Below are positions 41,543 to 53,386 of a stretch of 64,000 nt of DNA, in pieces. Source of the DNA: Squalus acanthias. Its lineage: Eukaryota. A program made the position numbers and the translations under genes. Numbering within the stretch: position 1 is the first letter of the stretch; each line of letters begins with the position of its first letter. The stretch covers positions 120,716,001 through 120,780,000 of the forward strand of contig CM059431.1 of NCBI GenBank assembly GCA_030390025.1, in the 5' to 3' direction. The notes beneath the pieces were generated by a model. That model worked only from the letters and a program-made list of their open reading frames with translations. It ran no database searches and was not told the origin of the DNA.

Positions 41543-44500
41543 CCATTGGCAAAATCCAGCCCATTAACTCTGTTTCTCTTTCCACAGATGCTGCCTGACC
41601 TGCTGAGTATTCCCAGAATATTCTGTTTTTATTTCAGATTTCCAGCATCCGCAGTATTATGCTTTTGTATTAGATAGAAACAGACTGTTTCCAGTGGTTG
41701 AGGGGTACAGAAGATGGGGACATAGGGAATGAACCCACATGTCTTGCATCCAGCAAACGGCAGCAAAGAGCTTTTGAGAAATTGGTTCTCTTGTATGCTC
41801 TGAGTCTCGCTTTTTTTCCTCGGCCATATCCCCTTCAGGAGTCAGCCTTTGAGTCTCTTTTTGATTTCTTTCTTGCTCTTTTTCTCTTCATGTCTTTTTT
41901 CTTTCTAACTGCACAAGCAGAAACATGTTGTACAACCATGCAAGAATACATGGTTGCAAATTGTACTTGACCATATATGATATAACTCTCAGTTATTAGT
42001 TGTATTGGTTGGAGCTCTGCTCTGCTGCTTGGGTAGAGCAGGATTGTTGTGTGGTGTTTTGCTCACTGTAACATATTTCTGTTCTTTCATCATGTGCCAT
42101 GTGCAGTATTTAATTTTAAATGTGAGTAACTAATTAGACTGTAGCTGTGTCCTGGGAGAAATGGTGCTTGGGAGGTTGTTGACTCCTGTCATACTAATCC
42201 CGACCAGCATGTAACAATTGGAAAATCGGAAGAGGCAGAGGAAGAGATAAAAGGGTAATTATATTTATTCCTAATTGTATTTACAAACTGGAAAATTAAG
42301 AGAACGAAAGCTGGTAATTCCGCTGCCGTGTTCCCGATGACCTAACTGAACTTCATCAGTGATAACCAATTATTATCCAGTGATACTACCAGCAGCTCAA
42401 TATTTCACTTGATGATCACTGCTTCTTTACATGGTTGTAACAATCAAAAGCAGGGAGGCATGTGTGAAACAGCATATCTACCATTAACTCTTAAAATACT
42501 GGGAATCAGACAGAAGCACTGCTGTATCTCTTCCCCCAATCCTATGTCTGCAGTGCTGTCAAAGCTCCCCAATGACTGAGTTGATAAGAGTTGATGAGAG
42601 TTTGGAACTGAGCCAACAGAGAAGGAAGGTTCCAGTTTCGATCTCATAGTCTGTGCTGCATTAGCTGATTTGGGCCTCGACAGTTGTAGGGATTTTAATA
42701 ACATGCAAAGCTACTTGACTAACTGACAATTTAGCCTGACAAGGCACATCGGGATGATGAAATGCTTGACATCTTAACAGTGGTGTAAAATCTGTATCCT
42801 GCATACAGTGGATCACAGAAAATTGGATGCATTTAAAATGAGGACAAATCACAGAATGCTTCTCATAAGCTGGGTGTAGTGTATGGTGAACAGCTAGCTG
42901 ACTCAACATGGTGGAATTAAAGGAAGCTGATGGTACTAATATAGCATAAGTATTTGTAAATGTTCCCTCACTTTTGTAGGAGTTAATATTTCATATCAGT
43001 TTTATTATGTAATTTAGATACATTCCCTTAACAGCTCTGCTTCCAACCGCCTTCAAATTCAATGGTGATTGTTTATTTGCTAAGTTAACACTACTTTGAT
43101 CGCTGAGAAGAGTTAGATTACAGAATGGCACTGGGACCAATCGTAGGGTCCCACAAATGGCATCAATTTAGTTGTAAGTAAATCCGTAGCTCAGACAGGC
43201 TGACCAGTGCAGCCATGTGGACCCCTGTACACCACCGGCCCTTTAACATCTTGTTTGTTAAAGGCTTTGCTTTTGGGGCAGTTACAAATGTACAATGAGT
43301 GAATCTTCGGACCCTCCTTCTTTTGAGGCAAATAACATCAAAGCGATTTGTCCATAACGCAAACTGTAAACTGACACAGGATGGCTATCAGAAACCCTGA
43401 GCATCGTCAAAGAGCACAAAAAAATCATCCACCACAGACAAAAGGCAGACAACATAGAATGGGAGGGAGTAACTGCAGACAGAGGGAACAAAACAAAATA
43501 TGCCCAACCCGATTAGATTTCAAGAAGTATCTGTAAGCTAAGTTTTCAAAAGTACATACAGGTCCGACAACACTACACTTTATGATTTATATTTTCTGTG
43601 TACTCACCAGCTGCTGTTTATTCCCTTTTATTTTAATTTGCTGCAGTTACATTATCTGAAGAAAATGAAGTATTGTATCTCATCATTTGATATGCCTTAT
43701 TGCTGTGACATTAAGTGATGTAGTCCTTTTGTAATTACTTTACTGAAGAAGGTTTAATTATATTTCTTTCAGAAGTTACTTCCCTTTGACTATAATAAAC
43801 TGTTTGCTAAAGGTGGGTTGCTTCAGAGCCCAATGTATAGATTAGTCATTCGTTGATTCTTACTAATTAATCAAATTGACCTGAAATTGATAACTGGCAA
43901 CTGTTCAAAAAGTACAGTGTAGTGAACGGATGGATATAACCATAAACTTATATGAGATGAGATTAAATTCATGAGCTCTGCGATGAGTGTCAAGCAATAA
44001 CAATAAGCTCATTGTTGTTAATACAGATGAGTCAAACATGTGAAATGTTATGGAAGAATATTTCTCAATTAAAACAAAAAAAAAACACCATGAGGAGGAA
44101 AAGTGTGTTAAGAGTTTATTGTGGAATTTGAGAGGGAAATACTTTTCTATTTTGAGACCTAATAGCCGCCTCTATGTCTGCATTACAAGTCACTGCACTT
44201 CAAAGCGCTATGAGACGTTTCTGAGAGACTCCATAAGCCTCGTCTTTGTAGTTATAAATGTTATAATCAACAATCCCACATCTTTTAAAATCGATAAGTG
44301 GGCAAGAGTTAAATTGAATTAAGAGAAAACATATCCTTGGCAAAATAATACATCAGCTGCAATTAGAAACTGGAGTTAGCTGCATTCACTTTTTGGGTTT
44401 GTCCAGCTTGGAATGTTCTTGGCGCTTTCAGAATTGTGATTAAAAGTTAGCAATATATGGAAAAAATAGAATTGAAAATGAGCTTTTACCACTAGTAGGA

Positions 44501-45303
44501 ATGTCAACAAGCCCGAGCAGCTGGCCACGTTACACAAAGACTGCCCTTGCTATTGATCAGTTGAGTATTTAAGCCTCATTTACCAAATGGATTTTATGGC
44601 ATCAGATTGTTACGGCGTATCAGCCAACAGGTGCCCAGAAGATATTAGTTCAACAATGAAAATAACTTATCATGTGAAATTCCTCTTGGTACCACAGTAA
44701 ATATTTTAACATTAAATATTAGCTATTCCTGCATTTAAACTATTGTCTCCTTCTAAAAAAAGTTAGATTTGGTGTGTGTGTGTAACTAGGGGCAAAACTT
44801 TTAGATATTATTAAATGCCAGGTTCCCTAAATGACTATTAACAAAAGTGAACACAATCCCCGGCACCTTGGATCTGTTTCGGACATTGGCTGAGACACTT
44901 CTGACTCTCTGCAATGGTCACTCAGGTGTGTTGTAATTAGTTCTTCAGCAAACTGTGGCATAAATTTGCCACTAGATGACCGGGGAGCACAAATGTCTAA
45001 CTTATGGCTTTCATTGGTAATATCGCCGTTGCAGCAAATTCCAGACCAATGGGCCGAATCCTGCTGGAAAAATACTGGCAGGTTGATGATGCACGCCGTT
45101 ATTAATGCGCAAATCAGCCAGCAAGGTCAGGGATTAAGAGATACGCCATGAGTTGCGAATCTCCAGAATTTGCTGGTCAATTTAAGCTGCTCTACCATTT
45201 GGTTCACACGAACGGCATCTTGCCCTTAGCCTCCCCATTATTTTTAAGAACTTGCTGGATGTTAATTCCCATTAAACTCACAACAGAAAGTTAATATTTC
45301 AGT

Positions 45304-48103
45304 GGGCTATAAATTCATTATAGCCCAGGAATGGGCAGCATCAGTAGAAAAGTTGGAGAATTAGCGCCAGGCGCTAATGCTTTAGACTGCACGCAAAATT
45401 CATGCTCACTGCTCAAAAAAATGTTTGGAGTCCTAACTCATGTCATTACACTGAAAGGGGGGATGAATATCAGGTGCAGTCTAACCACAACTCATTATTG
45501 CCACAGGCTGTTTTCAGTACTTAAAGGGGAGGTTCATTGATGCTGCAGAACCTCATTCTCAGCATTGCTGGCTGTGCAGCTGCCTCAGCAAGCAGAAGCA
45601 GGAGAAAGAGAAGAAACTGAAGGACTGAAGCAGCTGTACTCATGGCAGATCCACGTCTCAGGGAGAGAGCCTGCAAATTCTACGATGAAGCATTGGAGGA
45701 GTTGATGTTTGCTGTGGAGAGACGGAGGGCAGTGCTCTATCTGGCAAGTGGCAGGAGGCCCTGTCCGCAAGTCCATGTGGATGGAGGTAGCGCAGCATGT
45801 CTTGGGCAGTGCTGTGGTCCTCAGGACCCACTCACAGTGAAGGAAGAAATTTAATGACATCACTCAGGTGGTCAAGGTGAGTGAATGCTTCAACAAATGC
45901 TACATACCACCATCTGTACCACAATCTTCACACACTGCCCAAAGCACCACACCCCAGTACTCACACACCAACAATCTCTACCTACCAATGCGCACACCCA
46001 CATCTCACACCTTGCACACAATCACAGCTATTCAACTATGGCAGGCACATCACCCAAACACATTGCTCCACACTCACTCACACACATTCCTTTCTCTTGC
46101 TGGCCAAGGTGGCTCACAACAGGAGGGAGCAGGAGCGCACAGGCGGGGGGACAAGCCGACACCCAACCATTGTCTGCGCTGGAGAATAGAGCGCTGCAGA
46201 TTATTGGATGCCAAGTGGTCGGCGCCGTGGCCACCGGTGACATTGACCCCTTGGGAACAACAATGGTATGTTCATCCCTACTCCTCCTTCTCCCATCCCA
46301 CTTCCCCCTCACTCCACAAGCGTTTCACACTTTCTAGCTAATCATGCTGTATGCATGTACCCTCTCCCTTCCTGCCCCCATCCCCTCACCTTAACCCAAC
46401 TCTTGTGCTTTTATGCTTTCAGATAATGAGCAAGCACATGAGCAGCCAATCACTGAGGGCACCGTAGAGAGCGAGGTGGGAGAAGAGGAGGACGAAGAAC
46501 ACACCGCATCACTGCAAGTCTCACCCGCAGGCACCAGCTCAGATACTGGCACTCCACTTCATGAGAGGCTAGTATAGTAGCGGGTTCTGCACAAGGTGAG
46601 GCACCAGGGATGAATGGGTTGCAGCAAGGCCAGGGGGAAAGGGTAGCTCGGGGGCCAGCTTCCCAGAGGGCGAGTTAGAGCGCGAGTTCTGCTGCACAAG
46701 ATTCAGATGAGGACCTCGATGGGGAGGGCTTTAGAAGAAGGGTGATGGGATTGCACACAGAGATGATAGGTGCAATGGCAAGGATATCTGAGAGCCACTC
46801 GGCAATGGTAAGGAGTGTGGAGGAGTCCGCCTCCAACATTGCACAAGGCTCTGCGCACACCATGGAGCCCATCATTTCCAGTCTGCTAAGAATGGTAGAC
46901 TCCCAGAGAGAACGTGGTGACCCAGACCTGATGCCGTGTGTGATGGGTGATCTGGCAGCTTCCATTGCAGTACAGGCGGAAGTGACGTAACGTCTTAGTG
47001 CTGTAATGCAGTCTATGCTTTGTGGCATCCAATCTCAGACTGCTCTCATGCAGTCTCAGCTTGATGCCACGCAAGCTCTGACTGCTGCCATCATGGCTAG
47101 GTCTACCACTGTTGACTGGGGCTTTCACGGTGTTGCAGCAGCCCAGCAATCTGTGCTCCAACAGATTGCTAGGGATGCTGCGGTGCTGCCCCAGGGGAGT
47201 GGCAGTGGGTCAGCGATGGACGGTGAACTGCGAGATGTTAAGTATGTCTCCTATTGCAGATTGGAAGGATCCACTGGCGAAAAAATTGAGGGTGACGGTG
47301 ACCATGACTGCCACTGGAAGAGCTGTGGTTGCCCTGGTCTGAGGCTGGAGGTCTGCTTGCAGGAGGTGGCAGAGTTCTGTGACCACCTTCTTGGTGAAGC
47401 AGAGCCTTCTAATGCACTGCTCCTTGCTTAATTGGAGGTAGGAGAAGTGCTCTCAGAATACCCTCGGAGGGTATGTCCTCCTGTTGAGAGCCCTGATGTC
47501 CCTCCTTCTCCCGCTGGGCACATGTTCCAGTCTTTGTCGCTGCCTCTGCTCCCTCTACCATAGATCCTGGAGGGCGAGGTCGACTGCCAGTACAGTTCCC
47601 ATTAATTTAGCCAAGTGTAGCATTTTGATTTTTTTTAAGAATAAATGTAGCTACTTTTTAGTTGCCACAACACTCCTGATACAAAATAACCTTCAACTTA
47701 CTGAATGAAACTGTTGGACTATGTGAAACTGACAAGAAACCACTGAAATTCCACTAACATGACAGCTGCGCGTCATTACTGATGATCTCTTTAAATAATG
47801 TCCCTGGAGCCGGCTTCCTGCTGCTCCACGCCAGCTCTCCCTGTCGCTGTTTACTCCAGGCGCTAAGGTAGGTGGCAACAATCAATTTTGCAGATTGGGC
47901 ACTCAGTGAGCATTGCACACTCACTGATGTCATGATCTACCTGGCATTGAGGCTCCCAGTGATAACTGTTACCGACGGCGTTATGGGGCGGGATTTGGCG
48001 TGCGGTGCTGGATTCGTCTCGCCCCGGCAGTAATGCTCAAGTGCCCCATTAGCGCCATCTGCTGGCGCTAATGGGAGGTGCTAAGGGGACAAATATTTCC
48101 CCC
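45304..48103. mobile_element. Internally deleted Harbinger, inverted relative to 4504-7688
   Basis: Myb-like gene on + (about 45640-47215) joined to the transposase 5' part on - (PVAVMVTVTLNFFASGSFQSAIGDILNISQ); ends ATTTCCCCC. Confidence 0.82.
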
Positions 48104-49293
48104 AGTGATTCAGCTGATTTGAGGCAGAACTACTCCAGCCACAGTACTAAAAATGTAGGGATTTTTTCGTACAGGATGAACTGCAACTGTATATAATATT
48201 GCTTTAAACCATAACAAAGTTATTCCTCTTCATTCAATCTTGCATTGCAAAGAGCGCTGAAGCAAGTTAAAAATAAGAAACTTACCAAGATCAGTAGCCC
48301 AAAGGGAGAATAGATATCATGAAGGAACAATGGACTAAAGCTAAATTGAAAGGGGAGCATCTATCTATGATTTTTAGAAGTTAAAGGTGACCACCTGAGT
48401 TCAAAGGGAACAAAAGAGTGAAGGACTATCATGTAGAGAGCACCTGAGTGAAGTTAAACTATAAGGAGAAAAACAGGATAAACAAAGCACCTGTGAGAAG
48501 TTAAAACAAATGGGATGACTAAATTTTAAAGGGAAACAGAAGCGATACGTGCAAGTAAAATGGAGGCATGATGTATGTTTACTGTGAGTTGTTTACTTTG
48601 GAGAGGATGGAGTAACTTACAAGGCAGACAAAAGGGAGGGCAAATGGACAATGTTAGACTCGGTAAGTGAGTCCTCACAGGTCTGTGAAATGGCTCGGCT
48701 CACACTACACCCTGAGAGTGAATCATCAGGGATCAGACCTGGGTCCAACATAATCAGGACAGGGTAGCCATGAAATCAAGGCAAATGCCGAATGAAGCTA
48801 TGAAATTGGGTCATTGAATGAATTAAGTTTGGTCGAAATAGCAAGAAAGGCTGTAATGCTAACCAAGAGATTACATTAATCAATTTATACCAGGATTGGT
48901 CTACCAATGGAGAAGGAAATAAGGTCACAGGAGAAGAGGCAGCTGGAAAAAATAGAGAGTAGACAGCTTTGTAGGATTTTTCCTCTCTCTTGTTCAGAAT
49001 ACAAAAAGTCAAGGATCAAGCGAGACACTAGTGATTTTCTAACTTCAAAGAAGTTTATTTGACATACAGACAACAGTTTTTACCAGAAAGTAGTAGCTTT
49101 CCATGCAAACTTTCCAGCGAGTGCAACTCAACACCGAAAGATTGATCAAGTCCTTTTTGTCTTGGGAGAATATGAAGGTTCTGCTCCGACATTGTTCCAA
49201 CATGACGTGGCTCACCTGAAAACCTTTGCTGAAAGCACTGTTGTATATGTTTTCCTACAATTCTGCTGTTGAACATAATCCCATATTTGGGTT

Positions 49294-49800
49294 AACAACA
49301 GAAAATGCTGGAAACACAGCAGGTCAGGCAGCATCGAGGAGAGAGAAACAGAGTCAACGTTTCAGGTCGAACCCTTTGTCAGAACTGGAAAAGGTTAGGG
49401 AAGAGAGATTTTTAAGCAGGGGCAGGGAGGAGGGGAGGAAAGAACAAAGGGAAGGTCTGTGATAGGATGGAAGGCAGGAGAGATAGACTGACAAAAGGGA
49501 TGATGGTGCGAGGCAAAAGGAGAGGTAGTGGGACAAGTTAAGAAACAAAAGATGGCTCTGGATGATGTGTGAATGATGATGGCAGCAACTTTAACAGCTA
49601 CCATGTGAGGAAACAAGAGAGAAAAAAATAAAGAAATACAGGGGCCAATTTATAGTTTGAAATTGTTGAACTCGATGTTAAGTCTAGAAGGCTGTAAAGG
49701 CTAACTCTGTTTCTCTCTCCTCGATGCTGCCTGACCTGTTGAGTGTTTCCAGCATTTTCTGTTGTTATTTCAGATTTCCAGCATCTGCAGTATTTTGCTA
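49294..49800. mobile_element. Penelope-type fragment with inverted terminal repeats and probable TSD
   Basis: Inverted copies at 49294-49358 and 49702-49800; flanks CCATATTTGGGTT and CCATATTTGGATT. Confidence 0.7.
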
Positions 49801-50108
49801 CCATATTTGGATTGTTTTCAATTCTAACACTAAAGAATTTCTAATCAGTTCTTCAGGCCTTGTAGCTTCCTGAGGCCAGTCTTGCAGACAAATCTGACCT
49901 ACACTCTCAACAAAACTGCATCCTGCCAGTAAGTAGTAAACAAATCCATGATCCTTTTCAGGATGTGTCAATGGCCTAATTTCCCAGCATTCTGATTTTG
50001 CTAAAGTTGATAGTTCTGTGTTTTTTTAACGAAGTAATTGAGGGTTCCAAGTCCATTCATTTTGCCTTCTTTAAAATTGATGCTAAAAGTCCACATTAAA
50101 AAGCCCAA

Positions 50109-50779
50109 GGGGGTTAAATTCGGTTGAGGGTGCTAACGGGACGCAAATCAACTAACGCCTGGGCACAGCACCGCTGACACCTCCCGCGAAATTTAGCGGG
50201 AGGTTAGCGACGGCGCTAACTGTTAGCTCCACGTGGCGCTGCGCCGCCGGCAATGACGTCATCGCTGTGCGCAGCGCCCCGCTCGCGCCCCGGCTGTAAT
50301 ATTGGGTGGCGCCCCCCCGACTTACCACCGGACACTATGTCCACCAGGGTCAGGGAGGCCTACCTGCGGCCGGAGCGGCGCTAGTTAAACGGGAGGTGGT
50401 GCGTGACCATTTTTGTTGCTGGCCGCCTGCCAGCACCTTCCCCCGTTGCCGTCCCCGGCCCCCGTGAAGCCCCCCCCCCCCGCCCGCTGGGTGCCGGGCT
50501 CGTTTGCTGGCACTCCCGATCCCTGGTGGCCCAGCTGGGCACCGGGACGCGCTGCGCCAGGCCCCTCCCCTTTAATAAGGGGAGGAAGGCCTGCAGTACC
50601 GCGGCGCGATGTGCCACAGCGCATGGCGATATTGGCTCGCAGCGCCCCAAGAGGGACGTGGAGCGCTTCCAGTAGTGCCCCTCCTCCCTCTCGGGGCGCT
50701 ACCAGGGAAAATCAGCCGCGGGGGTGCTAACTTTTTCCGGGGCGCTAAAATTAGGGGGCGCTACCCAATTTTTACCCCC
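50109..50779. mobile_element. GC/CpG-rich Harbinger-type MITE
   Basis: GGGGGTTAAATT / AATTTTTACCCCC ends; possible CAA TSD. Confidence 0.7.
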
Positions 50780-51339
50780 AAAATTCTTCAGCTTGGACTG
50801 TGACACAGCTTGAAGGTCAAAGATTGTTGCTGCTGTTGGGAATTCTTTGCTCAAGAAAGTAGATGGCCATTGTCTGTCATAAGGTAATATCCAAAGAATG
50901 GTGACTTGACTACCTGGGCCAGAACAGCATGTATTGAAATCAGAAGGAATACTGAAAGGCACAGAAAGGAATGTAATTGTGATCCACTTAAGGATAAATG
51001 AGATAGTAATGTTGTCTGGTATACTTCTGGTATTTAAGAAAGATGGGGAGTTCACTAAGAAAATTGAAGATGTAATGAATGCCTGGAAAAATAGTGTGTA
51101 GATGACAATACTGTCTTCATAAATAACAAGGAATACTTTCATAGCAAAAAGGATTGTTACAGGAGAGACAGGCTGCTCTTTAACCTGACAGGCACAAAGG
51201 AATTGCAAAGAACAATTCAGAATAAATTAAACCAGATAGATGTGAGGGTGGAAGGGCAAGGAGAAAAATTGGATCCCAGATGAGACGGATTGCAAATTAA
51301 AAAGTAGTCAACTGGTGAGTATGGACAACAATATCAACA

Positions 51340-51680
51340 GCAGCAATAACCTGTATTTATGTAGCAAATTTAACTTTAGAATACGTACTCAAGGTGCTGC
51401 ACCAGAGCATGATCAGACAAAAATTGAGAGAGCCAAAGAAGAAAATATTTTAATATTAATATTAAATATTAAAAGAAGTGACTCAAAATTAGGTCAAAGA
51501 GGTAGGTTTTAATGAGGGCTTTGAAGGGGGAGAAAGAGGTGGAGACAGAAAGATTTAGAGAGGGAATTCCAGAGTTTAGGGCCTAGATGGCTGAAGTCAC
51601 GGTCAGGAATGGTGGAGCAAAAGGAAGTGGGGCTTACATCACAGGCCAGAGTTGGAGGAACGCAGATGTCTTAGAGGATT
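51340..51680 (-). mobile_element. L2 LINE 3' part (left flank of the provirus)
   Basis: L2-type tail; sequence continues across the GATT TSD into 61171 onward. Confidence 0.65.
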
Positions 51681-53382
51681 TGTAGAATTCGCAATATATC
51701 ACGATTTTATTAATAAGGAGAAGAACACATAGTTTCGTTCAAACAGCTTTTATTTCAGCAGAATGCTGTCAGGTTTTCAAAGTGGACACAAGCAGCTTGT
51801 AAAATGGCCGCCACGCCTCGTGGCAGAACATTCTAGACTTTTCGACAGGCAGACAAGATGGCGTTCCAATAAACATTTGTGCAAGATCGATCAAGACTCA
51901 GCACATTTAAGATAATACACGAGACATCATGGGTTTACAGTATACACATAAATACTGAAATCGGTCTCCCAGGTGCGAATAAGGGCTATTGTACCAAGTA
52001 ATCAAGAACCCATCCAAAGACATTAATATGTAAAATCCCAACGACTCTACGATGAGAGAGCCGTTAGCGGGTAGTTACAGAAAACATTTGGAAGCCCCAA
52101 AACCCCTCCAGGGAGAACACCGACCGATTAAACAATGGGAAAAGTATTAACAGGTACTCAGACAGTTACGAGTATCCCCGAAACCCATTAAAACGAAGAT
52201 CACCCTATACAAGAAATTTGAGCGCCAAACCCTAACAAAAGAAAAGACATTAAGGTTGGGCGGGAAAAGGGAGGATTTTGCACTATAACTGCAAGCTCCA
52301 ACCGTCCATCTTTCTCTTATCCTCTTATTCGGTTGACGTTTATCCTCGTGGCTGCTCCTGTTGCTCTTATCCTTTCGACTCCTTGCCGCCTGCCTCGTGT
52401 CTCTGCCTCTTGCAGCTTTTAAAGACTGTTGAACTTTACGATCCGCTCGGATCTACCTCGTGGCGTGCCGCGAAGATCTGTGTGGAACTGGGCTCTGAAG
52501 CCTTGAAGCGGGCGCACCATCCCGAGAAGTCGGTAAACGGTGTTGGAACCGAAGGCCCGAGATGAGATGAGATGAGATGAGATGAGAAGAGAAGAAGACC
52601 ATACGTATCGCCACGGTCAGTAAGCTCCGACCGCGCCTGTAGGTCGAATAGACACTTTCCTTGCCAGGAAGACTTCTTCGAATTTTACAGAACTGCCAGG
52701 AAGACTATTCTTCGAATTTTATCGTATCCGTGCGAGGGCACAGGAAGACTCTTCTTTGAGCAGTGTCGGAACTCCGAGGACAACACAGATCTTCATGACA
52801 GCAGACGTTCCAGCCTGCTAGCCGGAGCAGAAACGAGTAAACAAGTGGGGTACAGAGACCCCTGATCGACACGTGGGTGCTGCGGTGAAAAACATCTGAT
52901 CAGAGTTTTCGGAATTCTCCGAGTTATCACGAGTGGTGAGCATGAGTCTCGATCCTACAAATCTAGCTTAGGGCAGATATTGATAGGGGAGGGTTTAAGT
53001 TTTAAGGATAATTGTAATGTGTGCCCCCATTTACGATGTGTCGTTCGTTCCTCGTTTCCCTGAAATTAGTTACATAACTGCGTGTAAGATTATACTGTCA
53101 TTAATCTGTGCTTATGACATGTATTTCGTAATCTTAAATAATATGCAATAAAGATTTTCCATTTCGTACCATTCAACCGAGTCTACCTGAGTTTTATCTC
53201 CATTACTGCTCTCGCATCTAAGTCCAGTGTCAGAACCGTAAGGGCGAGTGGGTCGAACCACTCACAGGTGTCTAGTGCTCCCAGACTGGCTGGAGACCAG
53301 AACAGGCAACAAGGCCTAAACCCGCACTAGCATCCAGGCTGCACAGAGCCACACGAATCTCACAGGTTCAGAAACCCTTACA
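51681..53382 (+). repeat. 5' LTR (1702 bp)
   Basis: TGTA...TACA termini; direct repeat of 59469-61170. Confidence 0.97.
52258..52288 (+). promoter_or_regulatory. Putative LTR core promoter (GC box plus TATA-like element)
   Basis: GGGCGG at 52258-52263 and TATAA at 52284-52288, conserved in all three LTRs; YY1-like AAAATGGCCGCC (51801) and CAAGATGGCG (51854) upstream. Confidence 0.5.
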
Positions 53383-53386
53383 GAAA

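Noticed and set aside
43180..43500. Possible coding exon in unique-looking sequence
   Set aside because: No frame has convincing splice sites or a recognisable protein.
50381..50803. CpG island or host promoter with overlapping ORFs
   Set aside because: It lies within the TIR-bounded MITE 50109-50779; the ORFs reflect GC content.
52278..52565. 95-aa ORF in the LTR (also 60066-60353)
   Set aside because: TTG start overlapping the TATA-like element; it is not maintained in the copy 1 LTR.
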